NCBI RefSeq assembly: GCF_054482595.1 | Contig: NZ_CM137008.1 | DNA: 64,000 nt | Strand: one strand, 5' to 3' | In this document: positions 53,855-62,310 of the stretch, piece after piece | Layout: the number at the start of each line of letters is the position of its first letter | Position numbering within the stretch: the first letter of the stretch is position 1 | Notes under the pieces: model-generated | The model's input: the letters and a program-made list of their open reading frames with translations, nothing else | Databases searched by the model: none | Told to the model about the DNA's origin: nothing | Made by a program: the position numbers and the translations under genes

Positions 53855-54529
53855 TTAGGCTTTGATTTTGTATCTTCTTGGTTTTCCTGAGAAAATCACA
53901 GTACCAATTATAGAGCAATTACCGTTGATCTTAATGTAAGGCTCAGGCCAGTTTGGGTTTAACGCTTTGAGATAACGCTGTGTCCCATCTTCTATCAACC
54001 TTTTGAAGGTGGTTTCACCTGTATCGTGCATCAATGCAATAACGTCGTCACCGTGGCAGGCAGGTACTTCAGGATCGACAAAAATCATGTCTCCCGGGCG
54101 GTACTCATCAATCATTGAATCACCTATCACCCGCAAGATATAAGTCATTTCCCCACAGGGTACAGGGCAGGGATACGTTTCTGCTGTGCTCAAATCAACC
54201 TCAGAATATCCAACTTCTTTCCATGCTCCGGCCTGTACCCATGATATGACAGGGACTAATGTGATTTGTTTATTAGTGATTGAAACATCAGGTTTTTTTG
54301 TGATGTTCGTTGTCTGGTGTTCTTGATCGAGCCATCCGACAGGCAGGTCGAAACATTTTTCGATGTGTCGTGCCATGCTGTCACCGATATTTTTAGTAGC
54401 ACCATCTCCCATAAACCTGCTGGTTTGGGTTGGCTCGCGATCAATCATAGTGGCAAAGGAAGAATTCCCGCCAACACCATCTCTCAGTTTTCTGGCGTTA
54501 GACCGCCGGATGTCATGGATTGTTTTCAT
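53855..54529 (-). CDS. Phage repressor CI-like (HTH plus S24 LexA-type autopeptidase domain)
   Basis: 224 aa; C-terminal ...VIGDSMIDEYRPGDMIFVDPE... S24 Ser/Lys peptidase signature; divergent from cro-like gene. Confidence 0.88.
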   Translation of the reverse strand: MKTIHDIRRSNARKLRDGVGGNSSFATMIDREPTQTSRFMGDGATKNIGDSMARHIEKCFDLPVGWLDQEHQTTNITKKPDVSITNKQITLVPVISWVQAGAWKEVGYSEVDLSTAETYPCPVPCGEMTYILRVIGDSMIDEYRPGDMIFVDPEVPACHGDDVIALMHDTGETTFKRLIEDGTQRYLKALNPNWPEPYIKINGNCSIIGTVIFSGKPRRYKIKA

Positions 54530-54544
54530 AACGAAATTAAAACC

Positions 54545-54565
54545 CTTGTACCGTTAAGGTACAAG
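54545..54565. promoter_or_regulatory. Operator-like perfect palindrome CTTGTACC-GTTAA-GGTACAAG in cI/cro intergenic
   Basis: Read directly; GGTAC(A) half-sites recur near 54607, 53776, 53800 and 52617. Confidence 0.6.
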
Positions 54566-54569
54566 TATC

Positions 54570-54597
54570 TTGAAGGTTCATTTTAATCATGTAATAT
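54570..54597 (+). promoter_or_regulatory. Candidate pR-like sigma70 promoter (TTGAAG-N16-TAATAT) for cro-like gene
   Basis: -35/-10 hexamers adjacent to operator palindrome, GGAGG RBS downstream. Confidence 0.5.
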
Positions 54598-54619
54598 GTA
54601 TACCGGAGGTACATATTGT

Positions 54620-54820
54620 ATGAAAGCGTATTGGGACTCTTTAACCAAAGAACAGCAGGGCGAGTTGGCCGGAAAAGTTGGCTCAACACCTGGCTACTTA
54701 CGGCTGGTTTTCAATGGCTATAAAAAAGCCAGTTTTGTGCTGGCTAAAAAACTTGAGCAATGCACGTCAGGTGCAATTACGAAATCTGACTTAAGACCGG
54801 ATATCTATCCGAAAGATTAG
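54620..54820 (+). CDS. Cro/YdaS-like small HTH regulator
   Basis: 66 aa from MKAYWDSL; position and size; ORF-track start 54596 lies upstream of predicted -10. Confidence 0.75.
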   Translation: MKAYWDSLTKEQQGELAGKVGSTPGYLRLVFNGYKKASFVLAKKLEQCTSGAITKSDLRPDIYPKD

Positions 54821-54851
54821 CAGAACACTTTCAATTTTTAACCACAGAACG

Positions 54852-55415
54852 ATGAGGCTAATCGTGGGTAAGCATCACTGGAAAATAGAAAAACAGCCTG
54901 AGTGGTACATGAAAGCTGTCAGAAAAACTATCGCGGCGTTGCCGGGTGGTTACGCTGAAGCCGCTGACTGGCTGGATGTAACAGAGAACGCATTATTTAA
55001 CCGCCTTCGTGCCGATGGCGATCAGATTTTCCCGCTGGGATGGGCAATGATTTTGCAACGTGCTGGTGGAACTCACTTCATTGCTGATGCTGTGGCGCAG
55101 TCTGCAAATGGCGTCTTTGTGTCTCTTCCTGACGTCGAGGATGTGGACAACGCCGATATTAACCAGCGTCTGCTGGAAGTCATTGAACAGATTGGCAGTT
55201 ATTCAAAACAGATTCGTTCAGCAATCGAAGACGGTGTAGTGGAACCGCATGAGAAGACAGCAATTAATGACGAGCTGTACCTCTCAATTTCGAAGCTGCA
55301 GGAGCATGCAGCACTGGTCTACAAAATTTTTTGCATTTCAGAAAGTAATGACGCCCGCGAGTGTGCAGCTCCGGGCGCCGTGGCGTGTCGTGACTGTGGA
55401 GAAACTAACGCATGA
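54852..55415 (+). CDS. Hypothetical early protein in CII/YdaT position (possibly CP76-type CII-like regulator)
   Basis: 187 aa ORF directly after cro-like gene; family assignment tentative. Confidence 0.6.
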   Translation: MRLIVGKHHWKIEKQPEWYMKAVRKTIAALPGGYAEAADWLDVTENALFNRLRADGDQIFPLGWAMILQRAGGTHFIADAVAQSANGVFVSLPDVEDVDNADINQRLLEVIEQIGSYSKQIRSAIEDGVVEPHEKTAINDELYLSISKLQEHAALVYKIFCISESNDARECAAPGAVACRDCGETNA

Positions 55416-55750
55416 ACAGTTTAACAACACATTACCGTCGCTCGCAACTGATTGCACTTCCTGTACCGGGTGGAAAAGCGAAGGTGGAGTATTGCTATGC
55501 AGTGAATGTACCAGGTGACAGGGAAATTGTAACCCACAGCTTTGCAGAGTGGGCTGTGGGCGATTTCAACCGGCAAAAGGAGACAGTCCTTTGCGACAAG
55601 TTAACCGCTGGTTCAAAGATCACTACGGAGTGCCCGTCAGAGTCATTCGTTGGGAGCCGGAAACACAACGGGTTATCTACCTCCGCGAAGGCTATGAGCA
55701 TGAGTGCTTCAGCCCGCTCGAACAGTTTCGTCGTAAATTCAGGGAAATAG
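55412..55750 (+). CDS. Hypothetical protein; overlaps alternative frame 55549..55770 (possible frameshift or overlapping genes)
   Basis: ATGA-coupled to upstream gene; second frame is ATGA-coupled to downstream replication gene. Confidence 0.4.
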   Translation: MNSLTTHYRRSQLIALPVPGGKAKVEYCYAVNVPGDREIVTHSFAEWAVGDFNRQKETVLCDKLTAGSKITTECPSESFVGSRKHNGLSTSAKAMSMSASARSNSFVVNSGK

Positions 55751-55759
55751 AGGTCGGTC

Positions 55760-56701
55760 ATGAGCACTAAATTAACCGGCTATGTATGGGATGGTTGCGC
55801 TGCGTCAGGCATGAAGTTATCCAGCGTGGCAATTATGGCCCGCCTGGCTGATTTCAGTAATGACGAAGGTGTGTGCTGGCCATCAATTGAAACCATTGCC
55901 CGCCAGATTGGCGCGGGGATGAGCACCGTCAGAACGGCTATCGCACGGCTGGAAGCAGAAGGCTGGTTAACTCGTAAGGCGCGTCGCCAGGGTAACCGCA
56001 ATGCGTCGAATGTTTATCAGCTTAACGTTGCGAAGCTTCAGGCAGCGGCATTTTCTCAACTGTCAGATTCTGACCCGTCAAAATCTGACGCATCAAAATC
56101 TGACCCGTCAAAATTTGATGCGTCGAAATCTGGCAAAAAAGCGGGTTTTCACCCGTCAGAATCTGGCGGGGATCCGTCAGTAAAATCAAAACATGATCCG
56201 TCAGATAAAAAAAACTCTCGTCCGGACGCTTCGCAACCGGACACGCAGATGGATGAACAGGATTTTTTAACTCGCCATCCTGATGCGGTTGTATTCAGCC
56301 CTAAAAAGCGCCAGTGGGGGACGCAGGATGATTTGACCTGCGCACAGTGGCTCTGGAAAAAAATCATCGCCCTGTACGAGCAGGCTGCCGAATGTGACGG
56401 CGAGGTGGTTCGTCCCAAAGAACCGAACTGGACAGCCTGGGCAAACGAAATTCGCCTGATGTGTGTGCAGGATGGTCGTACTCACAAACAAATCTGCGAG
56501 ATGTACAGCCGCGTCAGCCGCGATCCGTTCTGGTGCCGTAACGTGCTCAGCCCGTCGAAGCTGCGGGAAAAATGGGATGAGCTTTCCCTGCGCTTATCGC
56601 CGTCCGTAAGCACGTACACCGAAAAACGCGAAGACCCGTACTTCAAATCCAGTTACGACAACGTGGACTACAGCCAGATCCCGGCAGGATTCAGGGGGTG
56701 A
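55760..56701 (+). CDS. Phage replication initiator (O-like, N-terminal winged-helix DNA-binding domain) containing iteron array
   Basis: 313 aa; N-terminal HTH-like region; internal SDSDPSKSDASKSDPSKFDASKSG repeats encoded by DNA direct repeats. Confidence 0.7.
   Translation: MSTKLTGYVWDGCAASGMKLSSVAIMARLADFSNDEGVCWPSIETIARQIGAGMSTVRTAIARLEAEGWLTRKARRQGNRNASNVYQLNVAKLQAAAFSQLSDSDPSKSDASKSDPSKFDASKSGKKAGFHPSESGGDPSVKSKHDPSDKKNSRPDASQPDTQMDEQDFLTRHPDAVVFSPKKRQWGTQDDLTCAQWLWKKIIALYEQAAECDGEVVRPKEPNWTAWANEIRLMCVQDGRTHKQICEMYSRVSRDPFWCRNVLSPSKLREKWDELSLRLSPSVSTYTEKREDPYFKSSYDNVDYSQIPAGFRG
56062..56215. repeat. Iteron-like direct repeats (~15-nt CGTCA(A/G)AATCTGAC units, about 8 copies): candidate phage replication origin
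   Basis: Tandem near-identical units read directly inside replication gene, as in lambda O/ori. Confidence 0.6.
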
Positions 56702-57192
56702 TCATGAGTCTTTTGAATGACGTTCAGAAATTCATTGAAGCCCATCCGGGGTGTACTTCCGGAGACATTGCGGATGCTTTTGCTGGTTACTCACGGCAGC
56801 GCGTTCTGCAGTCAGCAAGCAAGTTACGTCAGAGTGGGCGTGTGGCTCACCGTTGTGAAGGGGATACACGCAGACATTTCCCGCGCCTGACTGAGAGAGC
56901 GCAGGAACTGGAACCACAACCAGTTCGAGAAACCAGATCTGTGCGCAATTTCTATGTCGGCACTAACGATCCCCGGGTGATTTTGTGCCTGACCCGCCAG
57001 GCTGAAAAACTGGAGTCCAGGGGCTTATACCGTCGTGCTGCAACGGTGTGGATGGCGGCATTCCGTGAAAGCCACTCCCAGCCAGAACGAAACAATTTTC
57101 TGGCGCGTCGTGAGCAGTGTTTACGGAAAAGCAGCAAGCGCGCTGTATCGAGTGATGAGTGGTATCTGTCAGGGAATTACGTGGGGGCGTAA
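56698..57192 (+). CDS. Hypothetical phage protein (tentative PerC/ANR-like C-terminal motif)
   Basis: 164 aa ORF coupled to neighbours; motif LESRGLYRRAATVWMAAF; no Walker motif so not a DnaC-type loader. Confidence 0.55.
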   Translation: MIMSLLNDVQKFIEAHPGCTSGDIADAFAGYSRQRVLQSASKLRQSGRVAHRCEGDTRRHFPRLTERAQELEPQPVRETRSVRNFYVGTNDPRVILCLTRQAEKLESRGLYRRAATVWMAAFRESHSQPERNNFLARREQCLRKSSKRAVSSDEWYLSGNYVGA

Positions 57193-57518
57193 TGACGACG
57201 TTAACTCAATGCCAGCAGCAGGTGCTGGATATGCTGATTTCTTATCAGAAAGAGCGTGGCTTTCCGCCAACCAATCAGGAGGTGGCAACCATGCTGGGAT
57301 ACCGTTCAGTGAATGCAGCGGTAGAGCATCTTCGCGCACTGGAGAAAAAAGGCGTCATCACGATAAAGCGTGGCGTGGCCCGGGGGATAACGCTTCATAC
57401 CGCGGTGAAGGACGACGACAGCGAGGCGGTCGGGATTATCCGCGCACTGCTTGCCGGTGAGGAAAACGCAAGGCTGCGTGCAACCCACTGGTTACATGAG
57501 AGGGGCCTGAAAGTATGA
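57192..57518 (+). CDS. LexA N-terminal DNA-binding domain protein (no peptidase domain)
   Basis: QQQVLDMLISYQKERGFPPTNQEVATMLGYRSVNAAVEHLRALEKKGVI parallels LexA N-terminal winged helix (QQEVFDLI...GMPPTRAEIA...[21 protein letters not shown]). Confidence 0.75.
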   Translation: MTTLTQCQQQVLDMLISYQKERGFPPTNQEVATMLGYRSVNAAVEHLRALEKKGVITIKRGVARGITLHTAVKDDDSEAVGIIRALLAGEENARLRATHWLHERGLKV

Positions 57519-57904
57519 AGCTGATCCTGCCTTTTCCGCCCAGCGTGAACACGTACTGGCGACACCCCAACAAAGGGGCGTTTGCTGGTAAGAGCCTGAT
57601 AAGCGCGGCGGGGCGAAAATTCCAGAGCGCGGCGTGTGCAGCAATAGTTGAGCAGTTACGTCGTCTGCCGAAACCAACGTCGGCACCTGCTTCAGTGGAG
57701 ATCGTGTTGTTTCCTCCGGATAACCGGATCCGCGATCTGGACAACTATAACAAGGCGCTGTTTGACGCCCTGACCCACGCGGGTGTGTGGGAAGACGACA
57801 GCCAGGTGAAAAGAATGTTGGTGGAGTGGGGACCGGTTATCCCGGAAGGGAAGGTCGAGATCACTATCAGTAAGTACGAGAAAACGGCGGGTGCAGCCGC
57901 CTGA
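57515..57904 (+). CDS. rusA: Holliday junction resolvase RusA
   Basis: 129 aa; LPFPPSVNTYWRH...DLDNYNKALFDALT motif typical of RusA. Confidence 0.88.
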   Translation: MKLILPFPPSVNTYWRHPNKGAFAGKSLISAAGRKFQSAACAAIVEQLRRLPKPTSAPASVEIVLFPPDNRIRDLDNYNKALFDALTHAGVWEDDSQVKRMLVEWGPVIPEGKVEITISKYEKTAGAAA

Positions 57905-57923
57905 TCAAGAGGAGAAACGAAGT

Positions 57924-58721
57924 ATGAATAATCTGATGGTCATTGATGGTATTGAAGTTCGTCGTGATGCTTATGGGCGTTACAGCCTGAACGATCTGCA
58001 CAGGGCTGCCGGTTCTCTGGATAAGCATAAGCCTGCATTCTGGCTCCGCAATGAGCAAACTGAACGTTTAATAAGCGAGTTGCAGATTTGCAACTCGGTC
58101 AATATAGAGCCAGTTAACGTTATTCGCGGCGGAAATAATCAGGGGACGTATGTCTGTAAGGAACTGGTGTATGCCTATGCAATGTGGATCAGCCCGTCAT
58201 TCCATCTGAAGGTGATCCGTACTTTCGACATGGTAACCAGCGCACCGGAAAAATTATCCGGACAGGCTGCTGACAAGATGCAGGCTGGAGTGATTCTGCT
58301 GGACTTTATGCGTCGGGAGTTAAACCTGTCTAACTCATCTGTGCTTGGGGCCTGTCAAAAACTCCAGGAGGCTGTTGGCTTACCGAATCTGGCACCGCGC
58401 TATGCCATTGATGCTCCTGCTGATGCACACGATGGCTCAAGTCGCCCCACGCTGTCGCTGAGTGCACTGCTGAAGCAGTATGGTATCCGCCTGACGGCTA
58501 ATCAGGCATATCACCAGATGGTGAAGCTGGGGATCGTTGAACAACGCGAACGATACAGCCGTACCGCGATTAACAACATCAAAAAATTCTGGTCGCTGAC
58601 AGCGAAAGGCTGCATGTTCGGCAAGAACATCACCAGTCCCGCAAATCCGCGCGAGACGCAGCCGCATTTCTTCGAATCCCGATTCCCTGAGCTGTTAAAG
58701 CTGCTCGATACCGTTCATTGA
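57924..58721 (+). CDS. KilA-N domain protein (antirepressor-like)
   Basis: MNNLMVIDGIEVRRDAYGRYSLNDLHRAAG...KPAFWLRNEQT N-terminal KilA-N signature. Confidence 0.75.
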   Translation: MNNLMVIDGIEVRRDAYGRYSLNDLHRAAGSLDKHKPAFWLRNEQTERLISELQICNSVNIEPVNVIRGGNNQGTYVCKELVYAYAMWISPSFHLKVIRTFDMVTSAPEKLSGQAADKMQAGVILLDFMRRELNLSNSSVLGACQKLQEAVGLPNLAPRYAIDAPADAHDGSSRPTLSLSALLKQYGIRLTANQAYHQMVKLGIVEQRERYSRTAINNIKKFWSLTAKGCMFGKNITSPANPRETQPHFFESRFPELLKLLDTVH

Positions 58722-58722
58722 G

Positions 58723-59718
58723 GTGACCGTGAGAGCACTACTGACCCCTGAAATTGCCCCGCGTATGGGGATCGTATTGTTCAGACCAGGTTCAGAACTG
58801 ATGCCCCTGTTTATGCAGGGGCGTGTCCTGCTGGAGCCTGAGCCGGAACGTTATTCATCTTTCGCCAGTGGTGCCGTTCCGGCAGCATCACAACCGCTGG
58901 CGGATGATCCTGCCGTTCGGGCCGTGTTCCGCAATGAGGCAGTGATCCGTCGTGCTGGTGGCGTGGAATGTCTTGAAAGCTGGTTACTTCGTGAAAAAGG
59001 CTGTCAGTGGCCTCACTCCGACTGGCACAGCGAAAACATGACCACAACGCGCCATGCGCCGGGCGCAATCCGTCTGTGCTGGCACTGCGATAACCAGTTG
59101 CGTGACCAGTTCACGGAACGGCTGGAATCAATGGCAACGGATAACTGTGCCCGCTGGGTGTTATCTGTTGTGCGCCGTGATCTCGGTTTTGATGATAGTC
59201 ACGTTGTGACAATGCCGGAACTGTGCTGGTGGCTGGTTCGTAATGACCTGGCGGATGCCTTACCGGAAAGTGCAGCCCGTAAGGCACTGAGATTACCGAA
59301 GCCTGTTGTGCCGTCTGTCACCCGGGAAAGTGACCTTGTTCCTTCGGTTCCTGCCACCAGCATCATCCAGGATAAGGCGAAAAAGGTGCTGGCGCTGAAA
59401 GTGGATCCGGAGTCACCGGAGTCTTTTATGTTACGCCCAAAACGTCGCCGCTGGGTTAATGAAAAGTACACGCGCTGGGTTAAGACACAGCCGTGTGCAT
59501 GTTGTGGAAAGCCCGCTGATGATCCCCACCACCTGATAGGCCATGGTCAGGGTGGAATGGGGACAAAAGCGCATGACCTCTTTGTGTTGCCTTTGTGCAG
59601 AAAGCATCACGACGAGCTGCATGCGGATACCGTGGCATTTGAAGAGATGTATGGCTCCCAGCTGGAGCTGATATTTCGTTTTATCGATCGTGCGCTGGCA
59701 ATTGGTGTGCTGGCCTGA
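58723..59718 (+). CDS. DUF968-family phage protein (YdfU-like)
   Basis: 331 aa; C-terminal Cys/His-rich CACCGKPADDPHHLIGHGQGGMGTKAHDLFVLPLCRKHHDELH. Confidence 0.7.
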   Translation: MTVRALLTPEIAPRMGIVLFRPGSELMPLFMQGRVLLEPEPERYSSFASGAVPAASQPLADDPAVRAVFRNEAVIRRAGGVECLESWLLREKGCQWPHSDWHSENMTTTRHAPGAIRLCWHCDNQLRDQFTERLESMATDNCARWVLSVVRRDLGFDDSHVVTMPELCWWLVRNDLADALPESAARKALRLPKPVVPSVTRESDLVPSVPATSIIQDKAKKVLALKVDPESPESFMLRPKRRRWVNEKYTRWVKTQPCACCGKPADDPHHLIGHGQGGMGTKAHDLFVLPLCRKHHDELHADTVAFEEMYGSQLELIFRFIDRALAIGVLA

Positions 59719-59720
59719 TT

Positions 59721-60083
59721 TTGTGGAGAAAGTTGATGCGTGATATGTATGAAGTAATGGATCGTTGGGGAGCTTGGGCTGCTTCAGACAATAGCGGAGT
59801 GGACTGGCAACCGGTAGCCGCTGGCTTCAAGGGACTTTTACCTCATGGCAAAAAGTCCCGGATTCAGTGTGATGATGACGAAGGCATTATGATAGACAGT
59901 TGTGTGGCTCGGTTGCGTAAATATAGGCCTGAAGAATATGAGCTAATCATTGCTCACTTTGTTATCGGTATCTCATTACGCACTATTGCGAAGAAGAGAA
60001 AATGCTCTGATGGGACTATAAGAAAAAAGTTGCAAGCTGCATTGGGATTTATTGATGCAGTTATATATATAATACATGGGTAA
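59721..60083 (+). CDS. Late-gene antiterminator Q (QuuD-type)
   Basis: 120 aa; DRWGAWAA...AAGFKGLL...KSR.QCDDD...CSDG... closely parallels QuuD-family Q proteins. Confidence 0.85.
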   Translation: MWRKLMRDMYEVMDRWGAWAASDNSGVDWQPVAAGFKGLLPHGKKSRIQCDDDEGIMIDSCVARLRKYRPEEYELIIAHFVIGISLRTIAKKRKCSDGTIRKKLQAALGFIDAVIYIIHG

Positions 60084-60090
60084 TTTATTA

Positions 60091-60109
60091 GACGGCCATA
60101 TTGGCCGTC
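60091..60109. terminator. Palindromic hairpin GACGGCC-ATATT-GGCCGTC between convergent Q and the antisense cassette
   Basis: Perfect 7-bp inverted repeat overlapping the cassette stop codon; no strong U-run. Confidence 0.4.
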
Positions 60110-61295
60110 AGCTAAATAAATATGTAATAGCATAAGGTGTAAGTAAAAAGTAGAATCTAAATGTAAGATATAAGCCACATAAAACTATAATTCCTAATGA
60201 GGCAAAAACAACTTTCTGAACAAGCAATCTTGTGGTTAAACTATCAAATGTATCCTTTATATCTTCGTAAATAGCCTTGAAGTTATATTCTGCTTGTTGT
60301 TTTTTATGATTTAACTCATCATTTATTGCTGTTAAAGTTTGCCATTGATTAAATAGAACAAATATAATCATAATAGTGAAGAACAATGCACCCAACACTA
60401 CAGCTGTGTTTATTAATGCTTGACTATCCCAACCATTAGCCTGCTTCATTTGAGTCGCAACGATAATTGTTGCGACGGGGATACCTAATATCTGATTTTG
60501 TATGTCACTGAATACTTTATGTATTTTCCCCATCTCTTCTATTTTGGCTACTCGTAACTGATCTAGTATTTTCTCGTAAGAAAAACCAGAAACGAATACT
60601 TTGTATCCTTTTTGATAACTTTCATAAAGTTGTCCTAAATCCCTTAACATGAAGGAAAAAGAGGTTTCTTTAGTTTTAGATTCACATGATGATTTTATAC
60701 TACTTGCTAAAATAGTAAGTTTTTGATCTTTATGCGTATCTTCTGCAAAGTTTGCGATCAAATTATGAATCAGATCTCCATTAACATTCATAAGATCATC
60801 GCTAGAATAATTTACTGGAATTTTTAGTACGTTGGATTCGACGAATACCAATTCAAAATTTGTTTCATCTAAATAAGCAGAACAATCTTTGAATAAAGTA
60901 ATTAAGCTCAAAACATCTCTGTACTTGGATATAATAGCAGGCGACTTTTTATCCCTGTTGTGATAATTAAGTTCGATTATAAAGAAGTTACTGGCTTCCT
61001 TTATCCTATTTTTAGGATTTTTTAAATACTCATTAAAAGAGAAATGTAGCTGCCCCAATCGTAATTTGGGGGGGGTTATATGTAAGGTTATAGTTTGGCC
61101 TAACTCAATGTTGCCAGATTCAAGGGTGATGCCAAAATCATGGGGATTCTCTGTGATATCGTTGATGATGTCACAGAGCTCCTCGTTTGAAAGAATGAGT
61201 GATGCTTCAGATAGGGTACCTGCAAATGTAGCGGCCTTGTAAATAGTCACTAAGTCTTTGAAGGTTCTCTGGTTTTTACTGCTCATCCTCTTCAC
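60108..61295 (-). CDS. Hypothetical 395-aa protein with two C-terminal TM helices; downstream gene of antisense two-gene moron
   Basis: Clean AT-rich ORF; hydrophobic segments ALINTAVVLGALFFTIMIIFVLF and VVFASLGIIVLCGLYLTFRFYFLL; overlaps upstream gene by 20 nt. Confidence 0.75.
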   Translation of the reverse strand: MKRMSSKNQRTFKDLVTIYKAATFAGTLSEASLILSNEELCDIINDITENPHDFGITLESGNIELGQTITLHITPPKLRLGQLHFSFNEYLKNPKNRIKEASNFFIIELNYHNRDKKSPAIISKYRDVLSLITLFKDCSAYLDETNFELVFVESNVLKIPVNYSSDDLMNVNGDLIHNLIANFAEDTHKDQKLTILASSIKSSCESKTKETSFSFMLRDLGQLYESYQKGYKVFVSGFSYEKILDQLRVAKIEEMGKIHKVFSDIQNQILGIPVATIIVATQMKQANGWDSQALINTAVVLGALFFTIMIIFVLFNQWQTLTAINDELNHKKQQAEYNFKAIYEDIKDTFDSLTTRLLVQKVVFASLGIIVLCGLYLTFRFYFLLTPYAITYLFS

Positions 61296-62310
61296 CTAAT
61301 TCTGATAAAATCTCTGATCTTAGCGTATCCGGAATCTCGGTAAGTATCAATTTATCGTTTTCTGAATCATAAAGAACGCTGCCATCATGCAAGGCCGCAC
61401 GCTCGAATTTCAGAGACCAATGTTTGGACTTTCCTTTGAAACTAACAAGCCCACGTATAACGTTGCCATCAGGCACGAACCCATCAGAGAACTCCAGATC
61501 GTCATTGGTTAACTTTTCAACTAACAACTCAGGAGCAGTTGGCCATATCTCGTTTGCAAAAATTTGAGTGTCGAAAGTTTCACCAGAACGATTTAAATTT
61601 TTTAATTTTTCATGAGCCTTATTTAGGAACTCTTCACGTGCCTCTGGTTCAAAACCTCTTTCAGTAGCAAATTCTAAAAGTGCATTCCGTAATTTTGTTG
61701 TTTCTTGTTTGGCAATTAGAATATCGTTGCAACCTAAAAACTTTTTGAAATAACCTGCTACTGAATTTTGCCCCTTTAGAAAGCTAATATATCTCTCTTT
61801 GCCATTCTGGCGCCCAGTTAAGTCAATTCGTCCCGCTACTCGAAGTTTAGCAATGTCTAGATATTCACTTTCTTGAATTTCAAAATCGTGGACTGAAGAG
61901 CCAACTGCTGAAGTTAGGATTGCAACCATCAAATAATGATTTCCATTTACCTCATTATGGGCAATTATTACATAACCACCAGTAGACATTGATTCATCAT
62001 CGGCTCTGGCTTTTAAATGATTGATCATTCGGATACTAGTATCATAAAAACTATGTGTTTTATTTACGAAATAATCATCAACGATATTACCCATAGGGTA
62101 ACTATCGCGGTCATCTTCAAATTTCCCATATCCTTTACCTGCTCTCCCAGAGTACCTTTCAGTAAGTGCGTTAGAGAGGTCTTTTGATGCTTGCTGAACA
62201 GGTTTTTCTGAAGGACAAGGAATAATGGTGGCTAACCCCTGTTGTTCCTTGTTCATAATGTGAACAATAAACTTATGAGTGATATTAGTGGGGGTCGCTG
62301 ATGCAGTCAT
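61276..62310 (-). CDS. Divergent NdpA/YejK-family (NA37) nucleoid-associated-like protein, prophage-encoded
   Basis: 344 aa; blocks GGYVIIAHNEV..YLMVAIL, GRIDLTGRQNGKERYISFLKGQ..VAGYFKKFLG parallel host YejK ([51 protein letters not shown]); RBS AGGA upstream. Confidence 0.75.
   Translation of the reverse strand: MTASATPTNITHKFIVHIMNKEQQGLATIIPCPSEKPVQQASKDLSNALTERYSGRAGKGYGKFEDDRDSYPMGNIVDDYFVNKTHSFYDTSIRMINHLKARADDESMSTGGYVIIAHNEVNGNHYLMVAILTSAVGSSVHDFEIQESEYLDIAKLRVAGRIDLTGRQNGKERYISFLKGQNSVAGYFKKFLGCNDILIAKQETTKLRNALLEFATERGFEPEAREEFLNKAHEKLKNLNRSGETFDTQIFANEIWPTAPELLVEKLTNDDLEFSDGFVPDGNVIRGLVSFKGKSKHWSLKFERAALHDGSVLYDSENDKLILTEIPDTLRSEILSELGEEDEQ

Noticed and set aside
53727-53918. 63-aa minus-strand ORF downstream of cI
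   Set aside because: Overlaps the cI terminator and operator-like sites and the cI 3' end; no RBS.
54256-54586. Small ORFs (62 aa and 89 aa) within or antisense to the cI-like gene
   Set aside because: Overlap the well-supported repressor CDS; no independent signals.
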